From Gemmatimonadales bacterium (lineage in GTDB: Bacteria; Gemmatimonadota; Gemmatimonadetes; Gemmatimonadales; GWC2-71-9): 64,000 bases of DNA. How positions within the stretch are numbered: position 1 is the stretch's first letter; every line of letters starts with the position of its first letter. The notes under the pieces are model-generated. The model was not told the origin of the DNA and did no database searches. It worked only from the letters and a program-made list of their open reading frames with translations. Of the stretch, positions 40,324 through 53,335 are shown in pieces. The position numbers and the translations under genes were made by a program. The stretch lies in NCBI GenBank assembly GCA_041613315.1, contig JBFJHJ010000006.1:30439-94438 (forward strand), written 5' to 3'.

Positions 40324-40432
40324 GGCGGGTGGAGGGACCGGCGGTCGGTTGAGCCCCGATGTGCCTGGACCGCCTGTGCGCCCGTCCGTCTGACCGTCCG
40401 CCCGCCCTACCGCCGTTCCCCCCTACCGCCTA
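40307..40432. repeat. Inverted pair of degenerate octamer arrays
   Basis: G-rich units 40307-40346, C-rich units 40369-40432; 40316-40329 is the exact reverse complement of 40401-40414. Confidence 0.65.
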
Positions 40433-40443
40433 TCATCCCGCCC

Positions 40444-40923
40444 ATGCCTACCCGTCTTGGCCTGGGCTACGATTCCCATCGGTTCGGCGCCGAGCGCCCG
40501 CTGGTGCTGGGCGGCGTCACCATTCCGCACGCGGCCGGGCTCGCGGGTCACTCGGACGGCGATGCGGTGGCCCACGCGATTATCGATGCGCTGCTGGGGG
40601 CGGCCGCGCTGGGTGACATCGGCTCGCTCTTCCCAGACACCGATCCGCGGTGGAAGGATGCCGACTCGATCGCGTTGCTCGGGGAAGTACACCGCAGGAT
40701 CGCTGCCGCGGGCTACGGAATCGTGAACGTTGACGTCACGGTCATCGCGGAGACGCCGAGGCTCGCCCCCCACGTCGCGGCCATGCGCGAACGCCTGGCG
40801 AAGGCGCTGGGGGTCGAGCACGGTGCCGTTTCGGTCAAAGCCAAGACCAACGAGAAGATGGACGCGGTGGGGCAGGGGGAGGGGCTGCAGGTGTTCGCGG
40901 TCGCCTCGCTCGGAGATACCTGA
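40444..40923 (+). CDS. ispF: 2-C-methyl-D-erythritol 2,4-cyclodiphosphate synthase
   Basis: GYDSH, GHSDGD, GDIG, SVKAKTNE. Confidence 0.96.
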   Translation: MPTRLGLGYDSHRFGAERPLVLGGVTIPHAAGLAGHSDGDAVAHAIIDALLGAAALGDIGSLFPDTDPRWKDADSIALLGEVHRRIAAAGYGIVNVDVTVIAETPRLAPHVAAMRERLAKALGVEHGAVSVKAKTNEKMDAVGQGEGLQVFAVASLGDT

Positions 40924-40924
40924 G

Positions 40925-41587
40925 CTGATCGCCAGCCTGCTCGACTATCTGCTCGGCCTCCCTGCGGCGGGTGTCTACGCCGTGGTCGGCGCCCTGGCCG
41001 CCACCGAGAACGTCGTGCCGCCCGTCCCGGCCGACACGGCGGTCGCGCTCGGCGCGTTCCTCTCCCACGCCGGGGTGATCTCCGCGTGGGCCGTCTTCGG
41101 CATCACCTGGGTCGCCAATGTGGCCAGCGCGACGGCCGTCTATGTGGGGGCATACACCGCGGGGCGGCGCTTCGTCGACGGCCGGATCGGCCGTCGCCTG
41201 CTCCGCCCCACGGCGCTCCAGCGGATCGAACAGCTGTACGAGCACCACGGACTCTGGGGTATCTTCGCCAGCCGGTTCATCCCCGGCGTGCGCGCGGTCG
41301 TGCCACCGTTCGCTGGCATCGTCCGCCTGCGGCCGGTCCGGGCCCTCCCGCCGATGGCGTTGGCCTCCGCCCTCTGGTACGGTGCCCTGACCTATATTGC
41401 GGCGAAGGTCGCGGGGCAGCTCGACGAGCTCCTGCGGCTTCTGGACCGCGTCAACGCCGTGGCGCTCATGGCCGCACTGGGGTTGGCGGCGGTGATCGCG
41501 GTGACGTACTACGTGAGGCGGCGCCGGCGGAAGGGACAGGACGGGCTGGCGGGGCACACGGAGGAGAAGCCCTCGGAGGGCGGATAG
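40925..41587 (+). CDS. DedA family membrane protein
   Basis: ENVVPPVPAD, SRFIPGVR; start uncertain (CTG 40925 or GTG 40982). Confidence 0.85.
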   Translation: MIASLLDYLLGLPAAGVYAVVGALAATENVVPPVPADTAVALGAFLSHAGVISAWAVFGITWVANVASATAVYVGAYTAGRRFVDGRIGRRLLRPTALQRIEQLYEHHGLWGIFASRFIPGVRAVVPPFAGIVRLRPVRALPPMALASALWYGALTYIAAKVAGQLDELLRLLDRVNAVALMAALGLAAVIAVTYYVRRRRRKGQDGLAGHTEEKPSEGG

Positions 41588-41593
41588 CTGACT

Positions 41594-41642
41594 GCGGATC
41601 GCGCCTTACGGATGACGGATCACGGGTCACGGATGACGGCCT
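41594..41642 (+). repeat. Degenerate heptamer tandem array (ACGGANN type)
   Basis: GCGGATC GCGCCTT ACGGATG ACGGATC ACGGGTC ACGGATG ACGGCCT. Confidence 0.75.
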
Positions 41643-41651
41643 CGAGCGCCC

Positions 41652-42580
41652 ATGACTGACCACCCTCCCGTGACGACCGCGGACGACCTGGAGCGCGCCT
41701 TTTGGATCGAAGGGTTCCAGGATTACCTCGCGCTGGAAGCGGGGAGTAGCGCGCACACGGTCGAGAGCTACGTGCGGGATGTGCGGCGGCTCGCGGCCTA
41801 CGCGGTATCGCGGAAGGCCCCGGCACCCGGCGCCGTGACACGCCGGATCCTGCGGGACTTCGTCTATCACCTGAAGGACCTGGGGCTCGCTCCCACGAGC
41901 ATCCGCCGCCAGATCTCAGCCACGCGCACTTACTATCGCTTCCTCGTCGGCGAGGGCCACGTCGCGAGGGACCCGAGCGATCGCCTCGAGCTCCCAAAGA
42001 CGTGGCGCCGGGTTCCGGAGGTGCTCACCCTGACCGAAGTGGAAGCCCTCCTGGGCGTCGCCAACCCCGACGAGCCTCTCGCGTGGCGCGACCGCTCGCT
42101 GCTCGAAGTGGCGTACGCGACGGGCGTCCGGGTCTCGGAGCTCGTGGGGCTCGCCACCGACGACATCTGGTTCAACGAGGCGCTGGTGCGGGCCTTCGGC
42201 AAGGGTGGCAAGGAGCGCCTGATCCCGATCGGACGGCGGGCCCTCGGGGCGGCGGCGATCTACGCTCGGGAGACCCGGCCCACGCTGGACCGCGGCCAGG
42301 GCGGAGGCCGCTTCTTCCTGAACGCGCGCGGCCGGCCCCTCAGCCGTGTCGGCGCGTGGGGGATCATCAAGAAAACCGCCGAACGGGCTGGTCTGGCGAA
42401 GCGCGTCACGCCGCACACGCTGCGCCACACGTTTGCGACGCACCTGCTCGAGGGCGGGGCCGATCTGCGGGCGGTACAGGAGATGCTCGGGCACGCCGAT
42501 CTCACGACGACGCAGCTCTACACCCACGTGGATCGGGAGTACCTTCGCGAGGTGCACAAGTCGTACCATCCGAGACCGTG

Positions 42581-42581
<1 letters not shown>
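41652..42581 (+). CDS. xerD: Tyrosine recombinase XerD
   Basis: YATGVRVSEL, GKGGKER, PHTLRHTFATHLL, LGH, TTQLYTHV, YHPR. Confidence 0.93.
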
Positions 42582-43162
<581 letters not shown>

Positions 43163-43238
43163 CCGAGCAAGGAGCCTCGGGGGCAGCTAGGGGGGGCGGC
43201 GCCGCCGCCTTCCCGAGCCGGCCCGACGTGAATGCCGG

Positions 43239-43358
43239 TGCCCGTTTCACCTCGCCTCCCCAGCCCGTTCCGCCGCTCGGCCCGGCTCGGCCCCTCCGTC
43301 CAATCTGCCCGTTCTATCCTCGGTTGCCTCCCTCAGCCCCCTCTCCCGCGCCCGCCCC
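43239..43358 (+). repeat. Degenerate C-rich ~9-mer array
   Basis: CAGCCCGTT ... CCGTCCAAT CTGCCCGTT CTATCCTCG. Confidence 0.4.
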
Positions 43359-43381
43359 AGGGCTATCCCTAAAGCAAGTTT

Positions 43382-43394
43382 AATCAACGAGTTG
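43382..43394 (+). promoter_or_regulatory. IHF consensus site
   Basis: AATCAA-CGAG-TTG = WATCAANNNNTTR, with AT-rich 5' flank. Confidence 0.6.
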
Positions 43395-43422
43395 CGCACC
43401 GTGACCGGCCGAGCGACCTTGG

Positions 43423-43463
43423 CGGCACGACTTTTGACAGGAAAGCGGGCCCGCTGTTAGCTT
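43423..43463 (+). promoter_or_regulatory. sigma70 promoter of kdsB operon with overlapping imperfect sigma54 site
   Basis: TTGACA 43434-39, 18 nt, TG-n-TAGCTT 43458-63; CGGCACG-ACTT-TTGA at 43423-37. Confidence 0.65.
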
Positions 43464-43468
43464 TCGCT

Positions 43469-46654
<3,186 letters not shown>

Positions 46655-46658
<4 letters not shown>

Positions 46659-47239
46659 GCCGCGCTTGCCTGCGTCCACGGGACCGGCCGATGGCCCTGG
46701 CGGCGGTCGTAGCCGCGACGCTCATCACGGCAGCGGCGGGCGTGGGCTGCGGCGATGTGGGTCAGCCCCCCGTCGCGGAGAGCCTCCCCGACTCCGCAGA
46801 CCAGATCCTGTTCGGCACCAAGCTCAACCTCACGATCGACGGCGTCGTGCGCGTGAAGCTGGAGGCGGACACCGCGTTCTTCTACGAGGCGTCGCGCAAA
46901 GCGGAGCTCCGCACCGTCCGCGTGCAGTTCCTGTCGCCGCAGGGCCTGCTCAGCTCGACGATCACCTCGCACGAAGGAACCTATGACTGGCGGACCAACA
47001 ACATGGAGGCACGAGGCGACGTGTTAGCCGTCACGCCCGACGGGCGGCGGCTCACGACCACGATCCTCCGTTATCAGCGGGGCACCGACGAGATCTCGGG
47101 TCCCGAACCGTTCGTGTTTGATGCGCCGGATAGCCATCTCGAGGGCGACGCGTTCACCGCGGATCCGGACTTCCGCAACGTCGTGGCCACCCGTCCCCGG
47201 CGCGGACGCGCCGACGACGTCCAGGTGCGGGGCCGGTAG
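46655..47239 (+). CDS. lptC: LptC-like LPS export protein
   Basis: N-terminal anchor with Cys; beta-jellyroll-like sequence; position between kdsA and lptA/lptB; alternative start 46691. Confidence 0.7.
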
Positions 47240-47241
47240 CC

Positions 47242-48561
47242 ATGCCTCATCGGACACGGCGCGCCGTTGCACGCCTGCTGCTGGGGGCGGTGGGCGTGCC
47301 GCTGGCCCTCAACGCCCAGGACACCGGAAGTTGCCGGGTGGAGCTGGTGAGCGTGGGTGGCACGGGACGGCGGGTGGAGCTCGGCCCGGGTCGGATCCAC
47401 CAGTTCGCGGGGGGCGGCGTGTCGGCACGGTGCATCGGGCAGCCGACGACGATGCGGGCGGACAGCGTCGCGTGGTATTCGGAGCTGGACCGGATGGATT
47501 TCGTGGGGCAGGTCCGTTTTCGCGACGCGATGGCCACGCTCGACGCGTCGCAGGCGAGCTACTTTACCGCGGACGAGCGTCTGGAGGCCTCCGGCGCCGT
47601 GCGGCTGGTGAATCGCGAAACGGGCTCGGTACTGACCGGACCGCAGCTGCGCTACTTTCGGGCCGTCCCCGGGCTCCGCGACACGACAGAGTTGTTTGCG
47701 ACCCAGCGGCCCACCGTCGAGTACCGGTCGGCTGGCGCCCGCTCGGCGCCCCCCTACGTGATTGTGGGGGACCGTGTCCGTCTCCGGGGGAGCACCCGGG
47801 CCTGGGCCGGTGGACGCGTGACGATCACGCGTGAGGACTTCCGCGCGCGGGGCGACAGTGCGTCGCTGGATACCGGCCGCGGCGCGGGAATGCTCGTCGG
47901 GCGGGCGGAGGCGGCGGGACGCGATTCGGCGGGCTATACCATCCGCGGCCGGCGCATCGCGTTTCGCTTGACGGACAATCGCCTCACGTGGGTGCAGGCC
48001 CAGCAGGAGGCGTGGGCGACCAGCGCGGAGTGGCAGGTGCGCGGTGACACCGTCGAGTTCCACATCGCCGATGACCTGGTCCAGGGCGGCTCGGCATGGA
48101 GCGACACCGCGGCGCACGCCACGTCGACGCGGCATACGATCAGCGCGGACTCGCTCCTGATCGTGGCCCCGAACCAGGTTCTGACGGAGGTGCGCGGCTT
48201 TGGCGCCGCCCGCGCGTTCTCGCGCGTGAATTCCGGCCCCCAGCCGCGCCCCGACGCCGCGCCCGGGGACTCGGCGCGTCCGGCGATGCCGGATGACTGG
48301 ATGTCGGGAGACACCGTCGTGGCGCGCTTCGACGACACGTTGTTGGGACGACGTGCGCTCGCCTTGCTCGAAGCGCGCGGGGATGCTCGAGCCCTTTATC
48401 ATATCTTCGACCCGGCCGGCAACGGCGGGACGCCCGCCATCAACTATTCGCGTGGCGACAAGATCACGGCCCGTTTCCGGGACGAGGTGCTGCAGGCGGT
48501 GAACGTGGTGGGGGCCGCGGACGGCGCCTACCTCGAACCGAGCGTCCGGCGGCCGCCATGA
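47242..48561 (+). CDS. Long OstA/LptA-like periplasmic protein
   Basis: signal peptide; repeated ADS/GDT beta motifs; lptA position. Confidence 0.65.
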   Translation: MPHRTRRAVARLLLGAVGVPLALNAQDTGSCRVELVSVGGTGRRVELGPGRIHQFAGGGVSARCIGQPTTMRADSVAWYSELDRMDFVGQVRFRDAMATLDASQASYFTADERLEASGAVRLVNRETGSVLTGPQLRYFRAVPGLRDTTELFATQRPTVEYRSAGARSAPPYVIVGDRVRLRGSTRAWAGGRVTITREDFRARGDSASLDTGRGAGMLVGRAEAAGRDSAGYTIRGRRIAFRLTDNRLTWVQAQQEAWATSAEWQVRGDTVEFHIADDLVQGGSAWSDTAAHATSTRHTISADSLLIVAPNQVLTEVRGFGAARAFSRVNSGPQPRPDAAPGDSARPAMPDDWMSGDTVVARFDDTLLGRRALALLEARGDARALYHIFDPAGNGGTPAINYSRGDKITARFRDEVLQAVNVVGAADGAYLEPSVRRPP

Positions 48562-49736
48562 ACGATCTGCTGAACGCGGCCCTGGCGGGCAAGGACCCGT
48601 CGCTGGCGCTCGCGGTGGGGGCGCTCGTGGCCGGCGCTGACGAGGGCGGGGCGTCGCCGTTTGGCGACCTCGCCGTGTCGTACCGCGAGGGCTACCTCGC
48701 CTTGCGGCGTGAGGAGTGGGGCGAGAGCGCGCGCCTCTCCGGCACGCTCTCGGTGGACGAAGCCCGGCGACACCTCGTGCAGTCGGTGCTGCCGCGCCTC
48801 GTGGGGGAGGGGATCGTGGAGGCGCTGCCTGAGGCGCCCGACGAGGCCACGTCCGTGCGGCTCGCGCCCGGGGTGTGGGAGCAATTCGCCGGCGACCGCG
48901 ACGCGGCGCGGCAGCACCTCTTCGGCCTGGCGCTCGAGGCGGTGCGGGCAGTCGAGACGGAGGGCCGGCGCCGCGTCACGTCGGGAAGCACCCTCTCCGG
49001 CCGTGGCCTCACCAAGGTGTATCGTCGTCGCCGCGTGGTGGACGACGTTCACATCGAGCTCCGCCAAGGGGAGATCGTCGGCTTGTTGGGCCCGAACGGG
49101 GCTGGGAAGACGACGACGTTCTACATGATCGTGGGGCTCGTCCGGCCCGATGCCGGGCGCATCTACGTCGACGGCGAAGACATCTCCGGCCTCCCGATGT
49201 ACCGGCGTGCGCGCCGGGGCATCGGCTATCTCGCCCAGGAGCCGTCGGTGTTTCGGAAACTCACCGTCGAGCAGAACGTCCTTGCGATTCTCGAGACCCT
49301 CAGATTGTCGGACGCCGAGAAGACGAGGCGACTGGAGGGACTGCTCGACGAGCTCTCGATCAAGCATCTGCGGGACGCCAGAGCCTACAAGCTCTCGGGG
49401 GGCGAGCGGCGACGGCTGGAGATCACCCGGGCGCTCGTCACGGACCCCAAGTTCATGCTGCTCGACGAACCGTTCGCCGGGGTCGATCCGATCGCGGTCC
49501 ACGACATTCAGACCATCGTCGGTGGGCTGCGACACCGGGGCATCGGCGTCCTGATCACCGATCACAACGTCGAGCAGACGCTCGACATCGTGGACCGGGC
49601 CTACATCATGTTCGAAGGGAAGGTCCAGGTGGCCGGGACGGTCCGCGAGCTGGTCTTCGACGACCGCGTCGCCGATCGGTATCTCGGACCGACGTTGACC
49701 TCTCGACTCCGCGAGCGACTGGGAGCCGCCGCGTGA
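48558..49736 (+). CDS. lptB: LPS export ABC ATPase with ~143-aa N-terminal extension
   Basis: GPNGAGKTT.FY, YLAQE.SVFRKL, LSGGERRR, LLDEPFAGVDP, TDHNV. Confidence 0.93.
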   Translation: MNDLLNAALAGKDPSLALAVGALVAGADEGGASPFGDLAVSYREGYLALRREEWGESARLSGTLSVDEARRHLVQSVLPRLVGEGIVEALPEAPDEATSVRLAPGVWEQFAGDRDAARQHLFGLALEAVRAVETEGRRRVTSGSTLSGRGLTKVYRRRRVVDDVHIELRQGEIVGLLGPNGAGKTTTFYMIVGLVRPDAGRIYVDGEDISGLPMYRRARRGIGYLAQEPSVFRKLTVEQNVLAILETLRLSDAEKTRRLEGLLDELSIKHLRDARAYKLSGGERRRLEITRALVTDPKFMLLDEPFAGVDPIAVHDIQTIVGGLRHRGIGVLITDHNVEQTLDIVDRAYIMFEGKVQVAGTVRELVFDDRVADRYLGPTLTSRLRERLGAAA

Positions 49737-51184
49737 AGCCGTCGCTGCAGCAGACTGCGGCGCTGAAGCAGGAACTGCGCATGAATCCACGCCTGTATCA
49801 GGCGATGGATCTCCTGCACATGCCCGTGCTCGATTTGCAGCAGCACTTGAAAGCGGAGCTCGAGGTGAACCCGTTTCTCGAGTTGGTGGAGGATGCGGAG
49901 CTCGACCCCGAACCGACGGAGGTGGAGCCGGCCGCCGAGGACGAGAAGACCGACGATGAAGTGGACTGGGAAGACATCCTCCTGGACGGCTTCAGCGTCG
50001 GCGGGGCGCGGGCCGAAACCGAGGAACGGGAGTGGTATCAACCTGTCGCGGTCGAGGCGCGGAGCCTCGTGGACCATCTCTGGGACCAGCTCGTGTTGCT
50101 GAATCTGAGCGAGCGGGACCTGTTCGTGAGCGATGAGCTGTTGGGGAACCTGGGAGAGGACGGCTACCTACACGGGACCCTCGACGAGGTCGCGGCGGGC
50201 GCGAACCAGCGCATCGCCGAACATGCCGCCCGGAGCGACGGGGAAGCGCCGCCGCCACCGCCGTTCACACTGCAGGAGGTAGAGGGCGTCCTCGCGCGGC
50301 TGCAGGGGCTGGATCCGCCCGGTGTTGGCGCCCGGGACCTCCGAGAGTGCCTCAAGCTCCAGCTCGAAGACGCCGGCCAGCGCGACACGCTCACCTATCG
50401 CCTCGTGGACGAAGCCTTCGATGACCTGATCGCCCACCGGTGGAGCGATCTGGCCAAGCGCTACGGCCTCGATCCCAAAGAGGTCCAGGCGGCGGCCGAC
50501 GAGCTGGCCAAGCTCGATCCCAAGCCCGGCCTTCGGTTCCTGAGCACGGATCAGGAATACGTCGTTCCCGACCTGATCGTGGAGCGAAACGACGGCGAGT
50601 ACCGGGTGTTCCTCAACGACGGCGGCATGCCGCGGCTCCGCATCAGCCGGGTGTACCGCGACATCGCGGGGGACAAGAAGAAATTCGTCGGTGAGAACCG
50701 GGAGTTCATCACCGAGAAGCTGAATAGCGCGCAGTGGCTGGTGCAGGCGATCGAGCAGCGCCGGCAGACGATGCTCAAGGTGATGAACTTCATTGTGGAT
50801 CGTCAGCGCGAGTTCTTCGACAAAGGTATCGAGCACCTGAAGCCGCTCACGCTGCGGGAAGTGGCCGAGGTCGTGGACCTCCACGAATCCACGATCAGCC
50901 GCGTGACGAGCCAGAAGTACGTGCAGACCCCGCGGGGTCTCTACTCGCTCAAGTTCTTCTTCTCGAGCAGCCTGGGGACCACCAGCGGCGAGGACGCCAG
51001 CTCCCGGGCCGTGAAGGCGCAGCTTCAGAAGCTGGTGAGCGATGAAGATCCCGCCAGTCCGTTGACCGACGCTGCGCTGGTGGAAGCGCTGCGGGAACGC
51101 GGTGTCCGCATCGCCCGGCGCACGGTGGCCAAGTACCGGGATCAGATCGGTGTGCTGCCCGCCCGGATGCGCAAACGGGTATGA
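49733..51184 (+). CDS. rpoN: RNA polymerase sigma-54 factor
   Basis: Q/L-rich region I, HESTISR, RpoN box ARRTVAKYR. Confidence 0.97.
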   Translation: MKPSLQQTAALKQELRMNPRLYQAMDLLHMPVLDLQQHLKAELEVNPFLELVEDAELDPEPTEVEPAAEDEKTDDEVDWEDILLDGFSVGGARAETEEREWYQPVAVEARSLVDHLWDQLVLLNLSERDLFVSDELLGNLGEDGYLHGTLDEVAAGANQRIAEHAARSDGEAPPPPPFTLQEVEGVLARLQGLDPPGVGARDLRECLKLQLEDAGQRDTLTYRLVDEAFDDLIAHRWSDLAKRYGLDPKEVQAAADELAKLDPKPGLRFLSTDQEYVVPDLIVERNDGEYRVFLNDGGMPRLRISRVYRDIAGDKKKFVGENREFITEKLNSAQWLVQAIEQRRQTMLKVMNFIVDRQREFFDKGIEHLKPLTLREVAEVVDLHESTISRVTSQKYVQTPRGLYSLKFFFSSSLGTTSGEDASSRAVKAQLQKLVSDEDPASPLTDAALVEALRERGVRIARRTVAKYRDQIGVLPARMRKRV

Positions 51185-52146
51185 CGCTCGCCGACGGCGG
51201 GATGCCGGTCGAGGTCAGCGTGCTCGTCCCGGCGAAGGACGAAGCCGAGAATCTGCCGGAGTTCGTACGTCAGTGTCGTGCCGTGCTCGGCGACGTCCCC
51301 TACGCCTGTGAAGTCGTGATCGTCAACGACGGCAGCGAAGACGACACGGGCGCCGTGCTCGAGCGACTCAGTGCCGATCACCCGTTCGTGCACGTCGTCA
51401 CGCACCGCACCCGGCGGGGCATCGCCGACGCCCTCAAGTCGGCCGGTGAGGTCGCGCGCGGACGCATCCTGGTGTTCTACCCGGCGGATCTACAGTTTCT
51501 GCCCGCCGAAATCCCCCGCCTCGTGGAGCCGATTCGCTCGGGCGAGGCGGACATCGTCACGGGAGCGAAGCAGGGCGAGTACGACAAAGCCCTGGTGTCG
51601 TCGGTGTACAATGGGCTGTGCCGCTGGCTGTTCGGTGTCCGCGTGACGGACCTGAATGCGGTCAAGGCGTACCGTCGGGAGGTCATGGAGGTCGTGCCGG
51701 CCCGGCCGGATTGGCACCGGTTCATGGTCGTGATCGCCGCGGCAGACGGCTTTACGGTGACCGAGCGACCGGTGACGTTGCACCCGCGTCGCGCGGGCCA
51801 CTCGAAGTTCGGGCTGGGGCGCATCCCGGTCGGCGTGGTGGACCTCGTGTCGGTCTGGTTCCAGCTGCGGTTCGGGCGTAAGCCACTGCTGTTCTTTGGG
51901 CTGTCGGGGGGGGTGCTGTTCGCGTTGGGGTTCCTCGTGGGTGTCGGCGCGTTGATCCTGCGGTTCGGCTACGGCGTGGGGTTCCGGCCCCTGCTGGACC
52001 TGGTCATGGTGCTCGTGATCGCCGGCATCGCCCTGTTCGGTTTTGGTTTCGTCGGCGAGCTCCTGGCTGGAGCGCGCGAAGAGCTACGCGCGTTGAACCG
52101 CTCGGTCGAGCGGCTCGCCGCTGAGTTGAAGCGCCGCCGCTCCTGA
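51181..52146 (+). CDS. GT2 glycosyltransferase, ArnC/GtrB-like (two C-terminal TM helices)
   Basis: SVLVP..DE..NL, VNDGS.D, PADLQ, HRF, HPRRAG.SKF. Confidence 0.85.
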   Translation: MTLADGGMPVEVSVLVPAKDEAENLPEFVRQCRAVLGDVPYACEVVIVNDGSEDDTGAVLERLSADHPFVHVVTHRTRRGIADALKSAGEVARGRILVFYPADLQFLPAEIPRLVEPIRSGEADIVTGAKQGEYDKALVSSVYNGLCRWLFGVRVTDLNAVKAYRREVMEVVPARPDWHRFMVVIAAADGFTVTERPVTLHPRRAGHSKFGLGRIPVGVVDLVSVWFQLRFGRKPLLFFGLSGGVLFALGFLVGVGALILRFGYGVGFRPLLDLVMVLVIAGIALFGFGFVGELLAGAREELRALNRSVERLAAELKRRRS

Positions 52147-52153
52147 TCCCCCG

Positions 52154-53335
52154 GTGCACATCGTCTGCGTGACGCACGCGTATCCCCGCTGGCCCGGGGA
52201 CGTGGCCGGCGCGTTCATCGGGCGTCTCGCGAGGGCGCTGGCCCGCCTCGGTCACCGGATAAGCGTCGTGGCACCGGCTGACGGTGGCGAAGGTGGGCTC
52301 AAGACCGAGGAGGGCATCGCCGTCCGCCGGGTGCGGTACGCGCCGGCGCGCTTCGAGACACTGGCCTACCGCGGGACGATGGCTGAGGCGGCACGCTCTC
52401 CTGCGGGCGCCGCGGCGGTCCTGGCGCTCCTCGCCGCGCAGCGGCGGGTGATTCGCCGGGCGGCGCGGGAAGGGCCGGCGCTGGTGCACGCCCACTGGTG
52501 GGTGCCGGCGGGGCTCAGCGCGTGGCTGGCGGGCTTCCCCCGAGGCCCGCGCTATGTGGTAACGCTCCACGGCACGGACGTGGCGATTCTCGGGCGCTCC
52601 CGCGGCGCGCGCGCGGTGGCCCGCCGGGTCCTTGGCCGAGCGGCGGCGGTGACCGCCGTCTCGTCGTACCTGGCGGAGCGCGCGGCGGCGGCCGTCGGGC
52701 TCGACGCGCGGCAGATCGCCGTCCAGCCGATGCCGGCCGACGTGGCTCGCTACACGCGCCGAAGCGACGGTGGCGGCGGTATCGTAGCGGTCGGGCGACT
52801 CGTGCCACAGAAGCGGATGCGCCTCGTGCTTCAGGCGGTCGCGCACCTGGCGGCAACGGGACGCTCTGTCCCGCTCACCGTCGTGGGAGACGGACCGGAG
52901 CGCGGCCCGCTCGAATCGGAAGCGCTGCGTCTCGGGATCGCCGATCGGGCGCGCTTCACCGGCGCCGTCGAGCCGGAACGACTGCCGGAGGTCCTCGCCG
53001 ACGCCGACGTTCTGGCGTTCCCCGCCGCCGGGGAAGGATACGGGCTGGCCGCTGCCGAGGCGCTGCTCCAGGGAATCCCCGTTGTGGCCTGCCGGGACGG
53101 CGGCGGCGTGACGGACGTCGTGCCGGAGTTTGGCGCGGGTCGCCTCGTGCCGCCGGACGATCCGCCGGCGCTCGCGGCCGGGCTCGCCGAGCTCCTCGAT
53201 GATCCCGGAGCGCGCGCGCACGCCGCCCGCCACGGCGATCGGCTGCGCGAGCGCCTCGACCCGGATCGCGTCGCCGCCGCGTTCGAGGCGGTGTACCGGC
53301 GCGCCCTGGCGCGGTCGGACGGGCGCGATGCGTAA
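52154..53335 (+). CDS. GT4 glycosyltransferase
   Basis: VHAHW, TLHGTD, VGRL..QK, EGYGLAAAE (EX7E). Confidence 0.88.
   Translation: MHIVCVTHAYPRWPGDVAGAFIGRLARALARLGHRISVVAPADGGEGGLKTEEGIAVRRVRYAPARFETLAYRGTMAEAARSPAGAAAVLALLAAQRRVIRRAAREGPALVHAHWWVPAGLSAWLAGFPRGPRYVVTLHGTDVAILGRSRGARAVARRVLGRAAAVTAVSSYLAERAAAAVGLDARQIAVQPMPADVARYTRRSDGGGGIVAVGRLVPQKRMRLVLQAVAHLAATGRSVPLTVVGDGPERGPLESEALRLGIADRARFTGAVEPERLPEVLADADVLAFPAAGEGYGLAAAEALLQGIPVVACRDGGGVTDVVPEFGAGRLVPPDDPPALAAGLAELLDDPGARAHAARHGDRLRERLDPDRVAAAFEAVYRRALARSDGRDA

Noticed and set aside
41594..41642. Short repeat arrays as CRISPR
   Set aside because: Units are 7-9 nt, directly tandem, with no spacers and no cas genes
48875..49732. Long N-terminal extensions in the ORF track (rpoN, fabG, fabH, MerR, cytochrome c and others)
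   Set aside because: They overlap upstream genes in another frame; true starts lie at stop/start overlaps or after an RBS
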